From the NCBI GenBank assembly GCA_041678665.1, contig JBAYNU010000004.1, positions 12,863-76,862 of the forward strand: a DNA stretch of 64,000 nt, written 5' to 3'. Below the pieces are notes generated by a model. It worked only from the letters and a program-made list of their open reading frames with translations, made no database searches and had not been told where the DNA came from. This stretch comes from Candidatus Magasanikiibacteriota bacterium (GTDB lineage: Bacteria; Patescibacteriota; Patescibacteriia; Magasanikbacterales; GWA2-37-8). Within the stretch, counting starts at the first letter, position 1. Every line of letters begins with the position of its first letter. Both the position numbers and the translations under genes were made by a program. Below are positions 19,231 to 30,073 of the stretch, piece after piece.

Positions 19231-20347
19231 AATGCCAGGCTTCCGAATCTAGTACGCAGAAACCTTCTTCTTTCATGGCGGTTATTAAAGCCGCTTGGCA
19301 GGGATTTTTTCGGCAAGGATCGGTGGTTGGATCTTTGGTGCAGTATTTTTGTAAGATGCACTGACTGCCATTTTTCGTTCCCCACATATCTACGGCCATT
19401 CCGGTAGTATGCGGGCAATTGAGTGGGTTTTTGTCGCGTAAAATACAAGTGTTAGGTTTTCCTTCTATTGGATCACAAGTAATGGATCCGGGTAGATTTT
19501 TACAGTTTGCCAAAATTAGACGATATTGATCTTGAAGTGCGCGCCAACCAGAAGTAATTGATACATTAATACCAACGGATTTCATTTTTTGAGCGACAGC
19601 GGCTACGTCTTCTAATAGGTCTGAATTTATAGCAATGGTGCCATTGGTAGAAATATTATCTATGTTTCTAATGATAACTCTTTTTTCAATATCTCCGGTA
19701 GGTACAAAATCCACCGCGTCACTTTCTTCTTCTATTTGAATGGGTGTAATAAATTTTATTTTTAAACTTTTAAATTCTACCAGGTCGGGGTTGATCGTTT
19801 TTAATAGAATATATGATCCCCAAATTAAAATTAAACCGATGACAGCTTCACCAATGCGTTTGTAAGCGGTCGTTTTTTCTTCCCCACCACCAGAGGTAAT
19901 TATTTTTATTCCTTGAAGAATAATTACTATAGCCGCCGCGATTGAACTAATGATAATTCCAACTTTATATAAAGCGGAGAGAAATTCACCGATCCATGGA
20001 ATATACAAATAGCCAGCTTCATCCAGCGCGTTTTTGGGGTCAATAACAGTATATTTAAGATAGGGAATGTGAATGGAATTCCGTGGGGTGATCAGCTCGT
20101 CAATCGGCTCGGTAAGTTGAATTGATTCGTCGGCAGAAGTGTCCTTAATGCAGTAATACTTTCCTTCGTTGTTGGCTACACTACTACAAAGCATTCCCAC
20201 CTTGGCGCAATTCAGCGTTTTGCATTGCATTTCTCTGCTTCCCTGCTCTATTGCTTGGTCAGTCAGTATGTCCATAGGCAAAGCTAAAACCGATTTGGTT
20301 GGTAGTAATATTGCCAAAAACGAAATGATTATTATGATTTTTTTCAT
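19196..20347 (-). CDS. Secreted, membrane-anchored LAS/M15-family zinc peptidase (VanY/L-Ala-D-Glu peptidase-like) with Cys-rich N-domain and a two-helix hairpin anchor
   Basis: Signal peptide; two hydrophobic helices separated by TSGGGEEKTTAYKR; C-terminal SGWR...CPHTTGMAVDM (HxxGxAxD)...SEAWHFE (ExWH) zinc-ligand motifs; about 20 Cys. Confidence 0.65.
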   Translation of the reverse strand: MKKIIIIISFLAILLPTKSVLALPMDILTDQAIEQGSREMQCKTLNCAKVGMLCSSVANNEGKYYCIKDTSADESIQLTEPIDELITPRNSIHIPYLKYTVIDPKNALDEAGYLYIPWIGEFLSALYKVGIIISSIAAAIVIILQGIKIITSGGGEEKTTAYKRIGEAVIGLILIWGSYILLKTINPDLVEFKSLKIKFITPIQIEEESDAVDFVPTGDIEKRVIIRNIDNISTNGTIAINSDLLEDVAAVAQKMKSVGINVSITSGWRALQDQYRLILANCKNLPGSITCDPIEGKPNTCILRDKNPLNCPHTTGMAVDMWGTKNGSQCILQKYCTKDPTTDPCRKNPCQAALITAMKEEGFCVLDSEAWHFEKPRMSAACH

Positions 20348-20357
20348 AATATTTAAC

Positions 20358-21050
20358 TTATTGAGTGCTCACGGTAGTAAATTTGTTTAGCAATTCTTCA
20401 ATGTTTATGTCATCCATCAAATTTATTTTTTTGTTATTTACAAAGATAGCCGGTAATTCCACTACGCCCAAACTTTTAGCCAAAGCCATAGATTCAGCAA
20501 TTTTATTTTGGGTAGTAGTCGCGGTGCGGCAGATTTGCCATTTATTTATATCCAAATTTAAACTTTGTGCCACCTTATTTAAACCGCTTTCTTTTAAGTT
20601 ATTTTTGTCCGTCATTACTAAATTAACAAACGGGAAGAATTGTCCCTGTTCGTAGGCGCAATAGGCGGCTAAATGGGCGGGTAAATTACCGGTGCTAAGT
20701 AGAGTCATTTGCGGGGTGTCTTTCCAAATTAAGCGGGCTTTTTCTGGATTTTCTCTGATGAATTTGGTAATGGCGTAAGTTATTTCACCACAACGTTTAC
20801 AGCCTAGGTCAGCGAATAGCACGATCCAAAGTTTGGCGCCCGGGTTACCAAAAGTGGGATCGGCGGGGAAGATGGGAATGTAGGTAGCGGTGGAATTAAC
20901 AATAGGTGTTTCGACGTAATTCGTAACAATGGAGCGCGCTTCTTTTATTTTGATGATTAATAGCAAAATAACACCAGCGATAAGCAATATTAAAATGAGA
21001 TAGAATTTTTTATGATGGGACATATTAAAAAGTAGTAAGCAAATAGTCAA
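20358..21050 (-). CDS. Thioredoxin-fold DsbA-like thiol:disulfide oxidoreductase, membrane-anchored
   Basis: TM anchor plus the CKRC active-site-like motif in a DsbA-like context. Confidence 0.6.
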   Translation of the reverse strand: MTICLLLFNMSHHKKFYLILILLIAGVILLLIIKIKEARSIVTNYVETPIVNSTATYIPIFPADPTFGNPGAKLWIVLFADLGCKRCGEITYAITKFIRENPEKARLIWKDTPQMTLLSTGNLPAHLAAYCAYEQGQFFPFVNLVMTDKNNLKESGLNKVAQSLNLDINKWQICRTATTTQNKIAESMALAKSLGVVELPAIFVNNKKINLMDDINIEELLNKFTTVSTQ

Positions 21051-21057
21051 GTTAAGA

Positions 21058-22284
21058 TTATAAGTTAGCTTGAAAGATGCCGGTTTTGTTTTTGTCGGTA
21101 AAAATAACTTTATTATTTAAATTATCATATTCAATCGTGTTGATATTATAATCATCGCCCAAGGGAATTTCCGTTTGCAGTCCGGTATTAGTGTCAATTT
21201 TTATTAAGTCATAATTACTATCGGCGGCAATTTCCGGCATCAGCCCTGCTCCTTTTATCAGATCACGGGGAACAGCGCAGTAAAGCACTTGCTCATTGGC
21301 AAAAGTACATTTTTCCGCCCAAGTGTAAGTTTTTAACATTTTACGACCAGTATTAATATCATCGCCATAAGCGTTGGTAATCCATAATTCCGGTTTTAAA
21401 TCACTACGGTCGCTCCAAACACTATAAAGCAGACGTTTGCCTGAAGGCGACCATTGTTCCTCAAATCCCCAACCTTCGGTGGTTAGCCCGCGGAAGTTTT
21501 CGTGATTAAGGCCAACCAACAAAATTTCGCGTCTTTGGTCTCCGATTGGTTCGGCGGTTTGTGAGAAGGCCAAGGTTTGGCGGCTGGGCGACCAGTCAAC
21601 AGTTACTTTGTCGGCGTTAGCTCCCATCGGTTCGATGATTTTGGTGTGAGTGCCGTCGGAGTCTACGGTTATTAACCAACGATTTTCTTCCGCCACGCCG
21701 ATACTTTTGGCGCCGATTTGATCATCGGTTGGTGAAAAAGAAAATTCTTCCCAATGTTGTGGCAGGGTTATTTGTTTTTGTTTATCAAAGTCATAAACTA
21801 TTTTGTTGGCATCGGGATATTCAATCACGGCTTTATTGGAAGTGTTGCCCCAGGTAACATCGGAGACATTATAAAATACCTGATCAGATAGTGCGGTAAT
21901 TGTGCCGTCAGCGGAGCGTTTATAAAATTTGCCATTGGCGGCATTGTAGTAACGAAGCGAACTGTCTTTACTAACGGAATTGTAGACGGCATAATCGGAA
22001 ACAATTTTGGTTACCGGTTCTTTTTTAAAGTAACTGTCACTTACTCCCGGAATGTTGCCGGCTTGGGGCAGGCTACCGGTGCCGGTTTGTCCTGTAGTAG
22101 TGGTCGTCGGTCTTTCTCCAGCCGCCGGAAATTGTCCGGTAGTGGAAGCGCCCGGAATAATTTGCCCCGGGGTAACAAAGCCACCGGTAGTTTTTTTAAA
22201 CATATAATAAAGCGCTAAAGCAATGGCGCTGGCCAGTATTAGCAGTCCGATGGCGAGTAGTATTTTTTTTAGGCGAGTAGACAT
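21058..22284 (-). CDS. Membrane-anchored beta-propeller (TolB/PD40-like) protein with Thr/Gly-rich linker
   Basis: N-terminal TM, TTTTTGQTGTG linker, repeated WSPSG/DG.. blade-like motifs. Confidence 0.5.
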   Translation of the reverse strand: MSTRLKKILLAIGLLILASAIALALYYMFKKTTGGFVTPGQIIPGASTTGQFPAAGERPTTTTTGQTGTGSLPQAGNIPGVSDSYFKKEPVTKIVSDYAVYNSVSKDSSLRYYNAANGKFYKRSADGTITALSDQVFYNVSDVTWGNTSNKAVIEYPDANKIVYDFDKQKQITLPQHWEEFSFSPTDDQIGAKSIGVAEENRWLITVDSDGTHTKIIEPMGANADKVTVDWSPSRQTLAFSQTAEPIGDQRREILLVGLNHENFRGLTTEGWGFEEQWSPSGKRLLYSVWSDRSDLKPELWITNAYGDDINTGRKMLKTYTWAEKCTFANEQVLYCAVPRDLIKGAGLMPEIAADSNYDLIKIDTNTGLQTEIPLGDDYNINTIEYDNLNNKVIFTDKNKTGIFQANL

Positions 22285-22300
22285 AAAATTTTTTTAGTTT

Positions 22301-23356
22301 TTAAATACGTGAAATTATGCGGTCGCGTAGTGCTTCTCTTTCTATTTTTGGTTCTAATTTTTTGATAGCATTGTCTATGCCGCTGATAATTTTTTTAAAG
22401 GCAATTTTTAATTTACCAAATGCCAAACCGTATATAAAATAAAATAATAGTAGAGGTGAGAAAAAAATGATAAAAATATTTGTCCAAGAAAAATGTATCA
22501 ACCATAATTTTAATCCTTCCGCCATTCCCGCCCAAAATATTAATCTATTTATTTTATTTTTTAATTCTTGCAATTTGGTAATCGCCTTTTGTATAGCCGG
22601 GGCGCGATTCTGCCCTTTTATTTGTTTAAGCTCTGTAAATACATCAGTGATTTCGTCGGCTAGTTTAGGTAACAGAGTTTTGATTACCATTGTTACTGCC
22701 GGAGAATTAATCATGTCGTCAGAATCTTTGGATAGTTCTTGCAATTCCGCTTCCGCCTGTTTAGATTCTTCTAAGCGTTGTTGTTGGCGTTGCTGGTCTA
22801 ATTCCGCGGCAATTGTTTGTGGGTCATCTTGATTAGGGTTGCTGTCGGCTGGCGGTGAAACATCTTCGTCTTTGGCGGTTTTTTCGGTTTTTTCCGGAGG
22901 CGCAGAGGTATTGGCTTCTGCTGGCGGTTGATCAAGAGTTTCGTCTGATACTAAAGGGGTAAGTTCCTCAGCGCCGGGCGACCCCGGGTTTATTGTTTGG
23001 GGTCGAGGAAAAGTTTGAGAGGCGGTAAAATTTGGTTTTTTCATATCTATGCCAGCTTGTGGTTGTTCTTCCGGTTTGAGGGTAGGTGGCTCGTTTGAAA
23101 TGTTGGTTTTTTTGTCTTCTTCCTCGCCTTCTTCTCCCTCCGGTGTTTTGATGTTGATTTCAATGCTATTATCATCCAGTTTATTCACTCCTTTTCCTTC
23201 TACCGAGTTAATAGTCAAATTATTATCGGAATCATTATTGGTTGAGTTGGTCTCAATTTTAATCTTATCCGGATTTTTGCTGGATATCTGGGGCGGGGTC
23301 ACTGGTTTTTCTTTTTGGTCGTTATCTTTTATTTCTTGATCATCGGTCATAATCAC
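22301..23356 (-). CDS. Hypothetical acidic low-complexity protein with C-terminal TM helices
   Basis: ORF only; E/D/P-rich N-terminal two-thirds; hydrophobic C-terminus. Confidence 0.45.
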   Translation of the reverse strand: MIMTDDQEIKDNDQKEKPVTPPQISSKNPDKIKIETNSTNNDSDNNLTINSVEGKGVNKLDDNSIEINIKTPEGEEGEEEDKKTNISNEPPTLKPEEQPQAGIDMKKPNFTASQTFPRPQTINPGSPGAEELTPLVSDETLDQPPAEANTSAPPEKTEKTAKDEDVSPPADSNPNQDDPQTIAAELDQQRQQQRLEESKQAEAELQELSKDSDDMINSPAVTMVIKTLLPKLADEITDVFTELKQIKGQNRAPAIQKAITKLQELKNKINRLIFWAGMAEGLKLWLIHFSWTNIFIIFFSPLLLFYFIYGLAFGKLKIAFKKIISGIDNAIKKLEPKIEREALRDRIISRI

Positions 23357-23388
23357 GTATCACACGGCACATATTAGATGTTGTGTAT

Positions 23389-25920
23389 TTAGCTAATTGT
23401 TAGTTTATTATTTTTTACTGTTAATTCGTATTGTTTCTTTATTTTGTTATTTAGAATGATTTCGGATATTAAGGTCTCTATATTATTTTGAATATAACGG
23501 TGTAAATTACGTGCCGGAGCGTCTTGGCTGGTAAGTTTGTCAACAATAAATTGGATGGCGGTGTCAGTTGGTTGGATGGCGGTGTGGTAATTTTGTAAAC
23601 GTCTATTAAGTGTATTTATTTCTAAGCTAGCGATTTGGTTTAGGTCAGCAGTGGTGAGGTTGTTAAAATAACAGATGGCGTCCAGACGGTTGATAAACTC
23701 GGGAGAGAAATATTCCTTAAGTTTGTCGTCTATAAAAGAGTGATTTAAATAAGGGGAATTACCAAAACCGATAGCGCCTTTTTTGGCATCTATCGCCCCG
23801 ACATTAGTAGTTAATATTATTATAGCATGTCTAAGGGAAATTTGCTTGCCCGAGGCATCGGTAATTTGTCCGTTTTCTAAAATTTGCAGCAGTAGCTTGT
23901 TTACGTCTCGGTGCGCTTTGTCTACTTCATCAAATAGAATTACGCGATAAGGATTAAGTTTAATTTTATCGGTAAAATTATTAGCTTCTTTAAAACCAAT
24001 ATAACCGGCAGGAGAGCCTAATAATTTGGCAGTGCTGTGTTGTTCATTGAACTCGCTCATGTCCAGTTTGATGAAGGCGTCCGAATCGGGATAAAGTGTC
24101 TGTGCCAAGACTTTGGCTAATTCTGTTTTACCCACTCCGCTTGAGCCAACAAATAAGAAGGAAGCCAAGGGTCTTTCGAAACTGCTTAATCCGAGTTGTC
24201 CTCTTTGGATGGCTTTGGCGACAATAGCGACTGATTCGTCTTGGCCGATAATATATTTTTTGAGGTTTGTTTCCAATTGAATCCAGCGATTTTTATCATC
24301 AAGCATGATTTGCGCCGCCATGGTGCCGGTAATTTTGGCTATCTGTTCGGCTACTTGTCGCGCGGTGATGGTACCGGCGGATTTTATTTTTTTCTTTTTT
24401 CCAGATTCGATCTGTTTTTGAATTAAAGCGTGTAATTTTTTTTCTTCGGTTTTTAGTTTAAGCGCTTCGTCAAATTGGTTTTGTCCGGCGGCGGATTCTT
24501 TGGCCAAAATAGTTTGTTCCAGTTTTTGTTCTAGACGCTGAATCTTATTTTGCCAAGGGGAATTTTTGGACTTCACGCGTTTGGCGGCCGCCGTTTCGTC
24601 TAGTAAGTCAATGGCTTTATCGGGTAAAAATTTACCGGTAATATAGCGTTCCGATAATTTAACCGCCGCTTCCACCGCTTCGTCGGTAATTTTAACATTA
24701 TGAAATAATTCATAATTTTTTTTCAATCCTTTTAATATTATGATAGCATCTGTAGTGGTCGGTTCTTTTATAATGATAGGTTGAAAACGGCGTTCCAAAG
24801 CAGAATCATTTTCAATATATTTTTTAAATTCCGGAGGAGTAGTAGAACCAATACAGCGTAGCTGCCCGCGCGCTAAGGCCGGTTTTAGAATATTGGCTGC
24901 GTCCATCGCCCCTTGGTTGGAACCGGCACCCACAATATTATGAATTTCATCAATAAATAAGATAATATTAGGATCACTCGCGACATCATCTATCACTTCT
25001 TTAAGTCGCGCCTCAAATTCACCGCGATAAATGGTGCCGGCGATTAAAAGCCCCATGTCCAAAGCATAGATTTTTTTGTTTAAAAGCAGATCTGGCACAT
25101 CGCCGGTTGTAATTTTTTTGGCCAGACCTTCCACGATTGCCGTTTTACCTACGCCCGGATCGCCCAGTAGTATTGGATTATTTTTGGTGCGGCGGCAAAG
25201 GATTTGGATCAGCCGTTCAATTTCCGTATCGCGTCCGATTACTGGATCAATATTTTTTTGAGTGGCTTGGTCGGTAAGATTAATGGCAAAAAATTCTAAA
25301 GCATTATCTGTGTTCGTCATGTTTCCGGAGGGGGATTTACTTTTGGTAGTTGATTTTTTAGAATGCGCAATGGGTGACGCTATTGGGTGATTATCCAGAT
25401 GTTCATTAATTTTTTCGATAGTTTCGGCTACTTCGGTCATGCGCGGAAATTGAGTGGCATTATTTAGAACGATGTTGATTTGTTTTTCCAATTCCGTTGT
25501 TTTTATTCCGTTTAGTTTGAAAATTTCATTTATTTTAGGGTCGTTAATAGCGGTGATGGCCGCCAGTAAATGTTCGGTTCCCAAATAATTGTGGTGATTT
25601 TGTTGGGCTAGATAAAGGGCTTTTTCCAAAGTGATTTTTGTAGTGGGAGCAAGCGGAGTGATAGTTTTTTCGGCGGTGGCTTGGGGAGTTTGTCTGGCGG
25701 TATTTTTGGTGCTGGGTAAATTAATAATAAATTGTTCAATAATTTTTGGGTCAATTTTAAAACGGTTAATAATTTCTGCTCCCACCGCGCCTTTTTGGTT
25801 TTGTAAAACAAAAAGAATATGGATTAATTCCACTTGCGGATTTTGGAGTTCGGTTGCCAGGGCGATTGCCCGAGATAGCACTTCTTTAAGGTGGGTAGAA
25901 AAACGTTCCAACAAGTCCAT
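23389..25920 (-). CDS. clpC: Clp/Hsp100 AAA+ chaperone (ClpC/ClpB family, short middle domain)
   Basis: Clp_N repeats, two Walker A motifs ([11 protein letters not shown]; [12 protein letters not shown]), short coiled-coil M-domain. Confidence 0.85.
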   Translation of the reverse strand: MDLLERFSTHLKEVLSRAIALATELQNPQVELIHILFVLQNQKGAVGAEIINRFKIDPKIIEQFIINLPSTKNTARQTPQATAEKTITPLAPTTKITLEKALYLAQQNHHNYLGTEHLLAAITAINDPKINEIFKLNGIKTTELEKQINIVLNNATQFPRMTEVAETIEKINEHLDNHPIASPIAHSKKSTTKSKSPSGNMTNTDNALEFFAINLTDQATQKNIDPVIGRDTEIERLIQILCRRTKNNPILLGDPGVGKTAIVEGLAKKITTGDVPDLLLNKKIYALDMGLLIAGTIYRGEFEARLKEVIDDVASDPNIILFIDEIHNIVGAGSNQGAMDAANILKPALARGQLRCIGSTTPPEFKKYIENDSALERRFQPIIIKEPTTTDAIIILKGLKKNYELFHNVKITDEAVEAAVKLSERYITGKFLPDKAIDLLDETAAAKRVKSKNSPWQNKIQRLEQKLEQTILAKESAAGQNQFDEALKLKTEEKKLHALIQKQIESGKKKKIKSAGTITARQVAEQIAKITGTMAAQIMLDDKNRWIQLETNLKKYIIGQDESVAIVAKAIQRGQLGLSSFERPLASFLFVGSSGVGKTELAKVLAQTLYPDSDAFIKLDMSEFNEQHSTAKLLGSPAGYIGFKEANNFTDKIKLNPYRVILFDEVDKAHRDVNKLLLQILENGQITDASGKQISLRHAIIILTTNVGAIDAKKGAIGFGNSPYLNHSFIDDKLKEYFSPEFINRLDAICYFNNLTTADLNQIASLEINTLNRRLQNYHTAIQPTDTAIQFIVDKLTSQDAPARNLHRYIQNNIETLISEIILNNKIKKQYELTVKNNKLTIS

Positions 25921-25934
25921 AGAAATATATTAAA

Positions 25935-26012
25935 ACATGAAAACACCAGAACATAAAAACAATTAATATTTTATTGGTTTTTATGTCTAGTGTTATTGTA
26001 TTTTCATGTTCA
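25935..26012. promoter_or_regulatory. About 78-bp imperfect palindrome in the divergent clpC/pgm intergenic region (AACATGAAAACACCAGAACATAAAAAC...GTTTTTATGTCTAGTG..TTTTCATGTTC)
   Basis: Nested inverted repeat seen directly; candidate operator. Confidence 0.4.
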
Positions 26013-26053
26013 GTATTGTATACTAAATTAACCTTTTATTCAAGCGAAAAAGT

Positions 26054-27913
26054 ATGGTTAATACAAGTGTTTTTAAGGCGCTACCAGAGCTAAAAAATTT
26101 AGGGCTAGTAGACAGCGCTTTTTTGAATATAAAAAAGTGGCTAGAAGATGACAATTATAAGGAGTATTGGGCGGAGATCAAGGCGTTGATTGCAGACAAG
26201 AATGTTAATGAGCTGAATAACGCTTTTTATAAAGTGATTCCTTTTGGCACAGGCGGGCGCAGAGGCAAAATGGGCGCTGGTACCAATCGGATTAATAGTC
26301 GGGCTATTGCCGAATCGGCGCAGGGCTTTGCGCAGTATTTGTTTACTGTTTTTGGAGAAAAAGCGGCGCGCGAGCGGGGCGTGGTAATAACTTATGATGT
26401 GCGCCATCATTCGTTGGATTTTGCGCGGGTGGCGGCAGAAGTGTTTGTTGCCAATGGTTTAAAAGTGTATTTTTTTGATGGTATTCGTTCCACTCCGCAA
26501 TTGTCTTTTACTATTCGGTATAAAAAAGCAATCGGCGGTGTGATGATTAGCGCTTCGCACAATCCGCCGAGCGACAATGGCATCAAAATTTATTGGGAAT
26601 ATGGCGGGCAGGTGGTGCCGCCGCATGATTTAAATATTATTAAAGAAGTAAACAGTATTAGGGATGTTAAGCAAATAGATTTTGATGAAGCTTTAAACAG
26701 GGGCAAAATTATTATGCTCGGCAATGAGGCCGACCAAGCTTACGCAGCGACTGTGAGTAGTTTATCGCTTGGAGATTATCGTGATGCCAAGATTATTTTT
26801 ACCCCGCTTAATGGCTGTGCCGGTACTTCTTTTTTGCCGGTACTGCGCCGGGTGGGGTTTAAAAATATTATTGAGGTACAAGAACAAATGGCCGGTGATC
26901 CAGATTTTAGTGCTGTGGCCAAACAAATTCCCAATCCCGAAGTGCCGATTTCTTTGGATTTGGCAATTAATTATGCCCGGCAAAATAGCGCGGATTTGGT
27001 GGTGGCGGCCGACCCCGATGCCGACCGGATCGGCGTGGTGAGTCGCAAGAGTTTTAATAATGATGAATATGTTTTTTTAAATGGCAATCAAATTGGGGTG
27101 CTGCTTCTAAATTATATTATTCAAGAATTAAATAATAAAAACGCTTTACCAAAAAATGCGGTAGTAATCAAAACGGCCGTCACTACCGAACTGCTGGCGC
27201 AAATCGCGCGTGCCCACGGTATTGAAGTAATAGGGGATTTGCCGGTGGGTTTTAAATATATCGCTGATGCTATGGAAACGCGTTTGGCGGGTAGAACATT
27301 TTTGTTTGGCACCGAAGAAAGCCACGGGTATTTATACGGCGATTATGCCCGCGATAAAGATGGCGCGGTGGCGGCGTTGCTTATCTGTGAATACGCTTCT
27401 TTGCTCAAACGATCCGGCCGAACCCTGTTTGAACAGCTGGAAGAAATCAAAAAAGAATACGGTTATTATCGCGAACTGTTGCAATCGGTGTTTTATCCCG
27501 GCATGGATGGTATGGATAAAATGAGCGCGATTATGAATGCCCTGCGCGCTAACTTACCGCAAGAAATTGCCGGATTAAAAGTGGTAGAAATTTTGGATCA
27601 ATTAAATAAAACCGTGATCGATCCGGCGACTGGTAAGCGGGCCGGAGAATATGTTGGATTTTCGGACAACGCTTTGGTATTTTATTTAAATAAAGAAAAA
27701 TCCATTCGGGTGGTGGCGCGGCCATCGGGTACCGAGCCAAAAATAAAATTTTATGCGGCAGTGGGTAAGACAGTGGGTAAAGAAAAAAGCGAAGCGGAAT
27801 ATTTGGCGATAAAAAAGGAATGTGATCAGTTAGCCTATCAAATTGTGGATGAAATGGTAAAAATTTCCGATAAAATTTCTCCGGGCGGAGAAAAGTTTGA
27901 GGTGTTGGGATAA
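26054..27913 (+). CDS. alpha-D-phosphohexomutase (phosphoglucomutase/phosphomannomutase family)
   Basis: Active-site loop GGVMISASHNPPSDNGIK; four-domain length. Confidence 0.8.
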   Translation: MVNTSVFKALPELKNLGLVDSAFLNIKKWLEDDNYKEYWAEIKALIADKNVNELNNAFYKVIPFGTGGRRGKMGAGTNRINSRAIAESAQGFAQYLFTVFGEKAARERGVVITYDVRHHSLDFARVAAEVFVANGLKVYFFDGIRSTPQLSFTIRYKKAIGGVMISASHNPPSDNGIKIYWEYGGQVVPPHDLNIIKEVNSIRDVKQIDFDEALNRGKIIMLGNEADQAYAATVSSLSLGDYRDAKIIFTPLNGCAGTSFLPVLRRVGFKNIIEVQEQMAGDPDFSAVAKQIPNPEVPISLDLAINYARQNSADLVVAADPDADRIGVVSRKSFNNDEYVFLNGNQIGVLLLNYIIQELNNKNALPKNAVVIKTAVTTELLAQIARAHGIEVIGDLPVGFKYIADAMETRLAGRTFLFGTEESHGYLYGDYARDKDGAVAALLICEYASLLKRSGRTLFEQLEEIKKEYGYYRELLQSVFYPGMDGMDKMSAIMNALRANLPQEIAGLKVVEILDQLNKTVIDPATGKRAGEYVGFSDNALVFYLNKEKSIRVVARPSGTEPKIKFYAAVGKTVGKEKSEAEYLAIKKECDQLAYQIVDEMVKISDKISPGGEKFEVLG

Positions 27914-27930
27914 ATATTTTGGAAAATCAA

Positions 27931-27958
27931 AAAACAGACGGTATTTGTCTGTTTTTTT
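27931..27958. terminator. Bidirectional hairpin AAACAGACGGTATTTGTCTGTTTTTTT
   Basis: Seen in the sequence, between convergent genes. Confidence 0.6.
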
Positions 27959-27972
27959 GTAGAATATTATTT

Positions 27973-28866
27973 TTAATTTCCCATAGTACGCAAGCGTTTG
28001 ATTCGCTCTTCTATCGGTGGATGAGTGGAGAAAAGTGAAGACATTTTTTTGCCGGAAAAGGGGTTGGCGATAAATAGGTGAGCAGTAGCGGAAGAGGCGC
28101 GTTGCATCGGCGTATGATCGGCGGCAATTTTTTCCAGCGCTTTGGCCAGTCCTTCGGGGTAGCGGGTAAGAAGCGCTCCGGAAGCGTCGGCTAGATACTC
28201 TCGGCGGCGCGAAATTGCCAGTTTTATTAGTTCGGCGATGAGCGGTGAGAGAATGGCGAGAATGATTCCGACAATCATAAATATGGCGCCGGCGTTTCCG
28301 CTTCCGCGATTGTCATCACGCGAGCCGCGAAATAGACGAGTGCGAATGAAAATATCCGACATCATGGCAATGGCGCCAACCAGTACTGCTACGAGCATCA
28401 TAAAGCGAATGTCGTAATTTTTGATGTGCGAAAGTTCGTGCGCGATTACGCCCTCCAGTTCTTCATTGGTAAGTTTAGAAATAGCGCCGGTAGTAATGGC
28501 GATGCTGGCAAGTTCCGGTTTTCGTCCGGTGGCAAAAGCATTGATTGCCTGATCTTCAATTATATAAATCTTTGGCATGGATTGGCCGTTGGCAATGCAA
28601 AGGTTTTCTACAAAATGGTAAACATATTTATTATCATCGTGGGCAATCGGTTTAGCTCCCGACATCGCGAGCGCAATTTTATCACCGGAAAAATATGAAA
28701 CGGATGTCATGATAAGTGAAATAATAATTGCGATCCACACGCCACTATACATTTTATCTCCCTGCGCCATACTAAAAATATAGCCGATACCAATAAGCAC
28801 GGCGATGAAAATCATCACGAGAAGTACAGAATTGCGTTTGTTAGAAGATATTTCTTGGTAAATCAT
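27973..28866 (-). CDS. htpX: M48-family zinc protease HtpX
   Basis: HELSHIKNYD zinc motif, 4 TM. Confidence 0.85.
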   Translation of the reverse strand: MIYQEISSNKRNSVLLVMIFIAVLIGIGYIFSMAQGDKMYSGVWIAIIISLIMTSVSYFSGDKIALAMSGAKPIAHDDNKYVYHFVENLCIANGQSMPKIYIIEDQAINAFATGRKPELASIAITTGAISKLTNEELEGVIAHELSHIKNYDIRFMMLVAVLVGAIAMMSDIFIRTRLFRGSRDDNRGSGNAGAIFMIVGIILAILSPLIAELIKLAISRRREYLADASGALLTRYPEGLAKALEKIAADHTPMQRASSATAHLFIANPFSGKKMSSLFSTHPPIEERIKRLRTMGN

Positions 28867-28977
28867 AGGATTTTGTATAGGGTATTTTACCCTCAGTTGT
28901 ATAACTAGTCAATTGTGTAAAAATAAACCATCCCTTTATTGTAGGGGTGGTTTATTTTTTTATAGTTTTTGTATAAT

Positions 28978-29544
28978 TTAAAACTTTACCTGCACATTTT
29001 GTTTCTCCGCCTTGCCTGCTTGGAAAAATTCGTATTTTACGAATTTAAGTATACCGGCAATCAGGTTGGTTGGGAACACCTGAATCTTGGTATTGAAGTC
29101 GCGCACATTGCCGTTGTAAAACCGGCGAGCGGCTTGAATTTTATTTTCGGTATCAGATAACTCCGCCTGTAATTGCAAGAAATTTTGGCTGGCTTTGAGA
29201 TCGGGATAATTTTCCGAAACTGCGAACAGTGATTTAAGAGTAGAGGATAGGGTATTTTCGGCGGCTTCGCGTTCGGCGAGGGTAGCGCCTTTGTTGTCAT
29301 GCACTTGCATGGCGCTCGCGCGAGCGGCGGTTACTTTTTCGAGAGTGCCGGCTTCGTGGGTCATGTAGCCCTTCACAGTCGCAACCAAGTTCGGGATTAA
29401 ATCGTAACGGCGTTTCAGTTGGACGTCGATGTCACTAAAAGCTTCATCTACTTGGTTTTTACTGCGTATTAAACCATTGTAAACGGCAATAATCCAAACT
29501 GCGGCTATTGCCACAACCGCTAAAATAATGTAAAGTATAGTCAT
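28978..29544 (-). CDS. lemA: LemA family membrane protein
   Basis: N-terminal TM plus LemA-typical YNGLIRSKNQVDEAFSDIDVQLKRRYDLIPNLV. Conserved lemA-htpX pairing. Confidence 0.8.
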   Translation of the reverse strand: MTILYIILAVVAIAAVWIIAVYNGLIRSKNQVDEAFSDIDVQLKRRYDLIPNLVATVKGYMTHEAGTLEKVTAARASAMQVHDNKGATLAEREAAENTLSSTLKSLFAVSENYPDLKASQNFLQLQAELSDTENKIQAARRFYNGNVRDFNTKIQVFPTNLIAGILKFVKYEFFQAGKAEKQNVQVKF

Positions 29545-29726
29545 ACTTTAGTTAATTAGTTAACGCGCCAAGGACGGCGTTGTTAAAGTATATTATAGAT
29601 TATTTAGTTATTTAAAGCAAATTTATAACATGTGGATGGTATATTGATTTAACAAATGCAACTAAAGCAATGAATCAAACATTCCATGCCTTCTAACAAT
29701 TCAATTGTTATTAATTTATATAAAAT

Positions 29727-30047
29727 ATGCCATTTGACGAATTAATAAATTTTGGTACAGATGTTGGTAGAAGAGGTAGCCGCGCTGAAGTTGTGGCGAA
29801 AAGAATGCATGATAATTTGCAATTAGAAAGAAAGAAAGCCAAGGACATTATGGATAATATTAAAGAAGGCGCAGTGTACAGGGGGGAAGTTGATAAGAGT
29901 GGTGAAAGAGAGATAAAAGTTGTCAAAATAATAGAAGATCCGTTGGAAGTAGTCATTGAAGTGCTGGGTAAACCAAAATCAAATATAAAGAAAGTAAGCC
30001 CTTATCACGAAATGTTTAAAAGTCCTCCAATAGAAGAAGCTAAGTAA
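29727..30047 (+). CDS. Hypothetical small charged protein
   Basis: ORF only; no clear RBS; overlapping minus-strand ORF 29711..29956 judged less protein-like. Confidence 0.35.
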   Translation: MPFDELINFGTDVGRRGSRAEVVAKRMHDNLQLERKKAKDIMDNIKEGAVYRGEVDKSGEREIKVVKIIEDPLEVVIEVLGKPKSNIKKVSPYHEMFKSPPIEEAK

Positions 30048-30073
30048 TTTTGTTTTCATTTTCAATTTGATTT

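Noticed and set aside
29545-29726. AT-rich intergenic region upstream of lemA with a partial palindrome TTAACGCGCCAAGGACGGCGTTGTTAA
   Set aside because: The inverted repeat is imperfect and short. There is not enough evidence to call an operator or RNA element.
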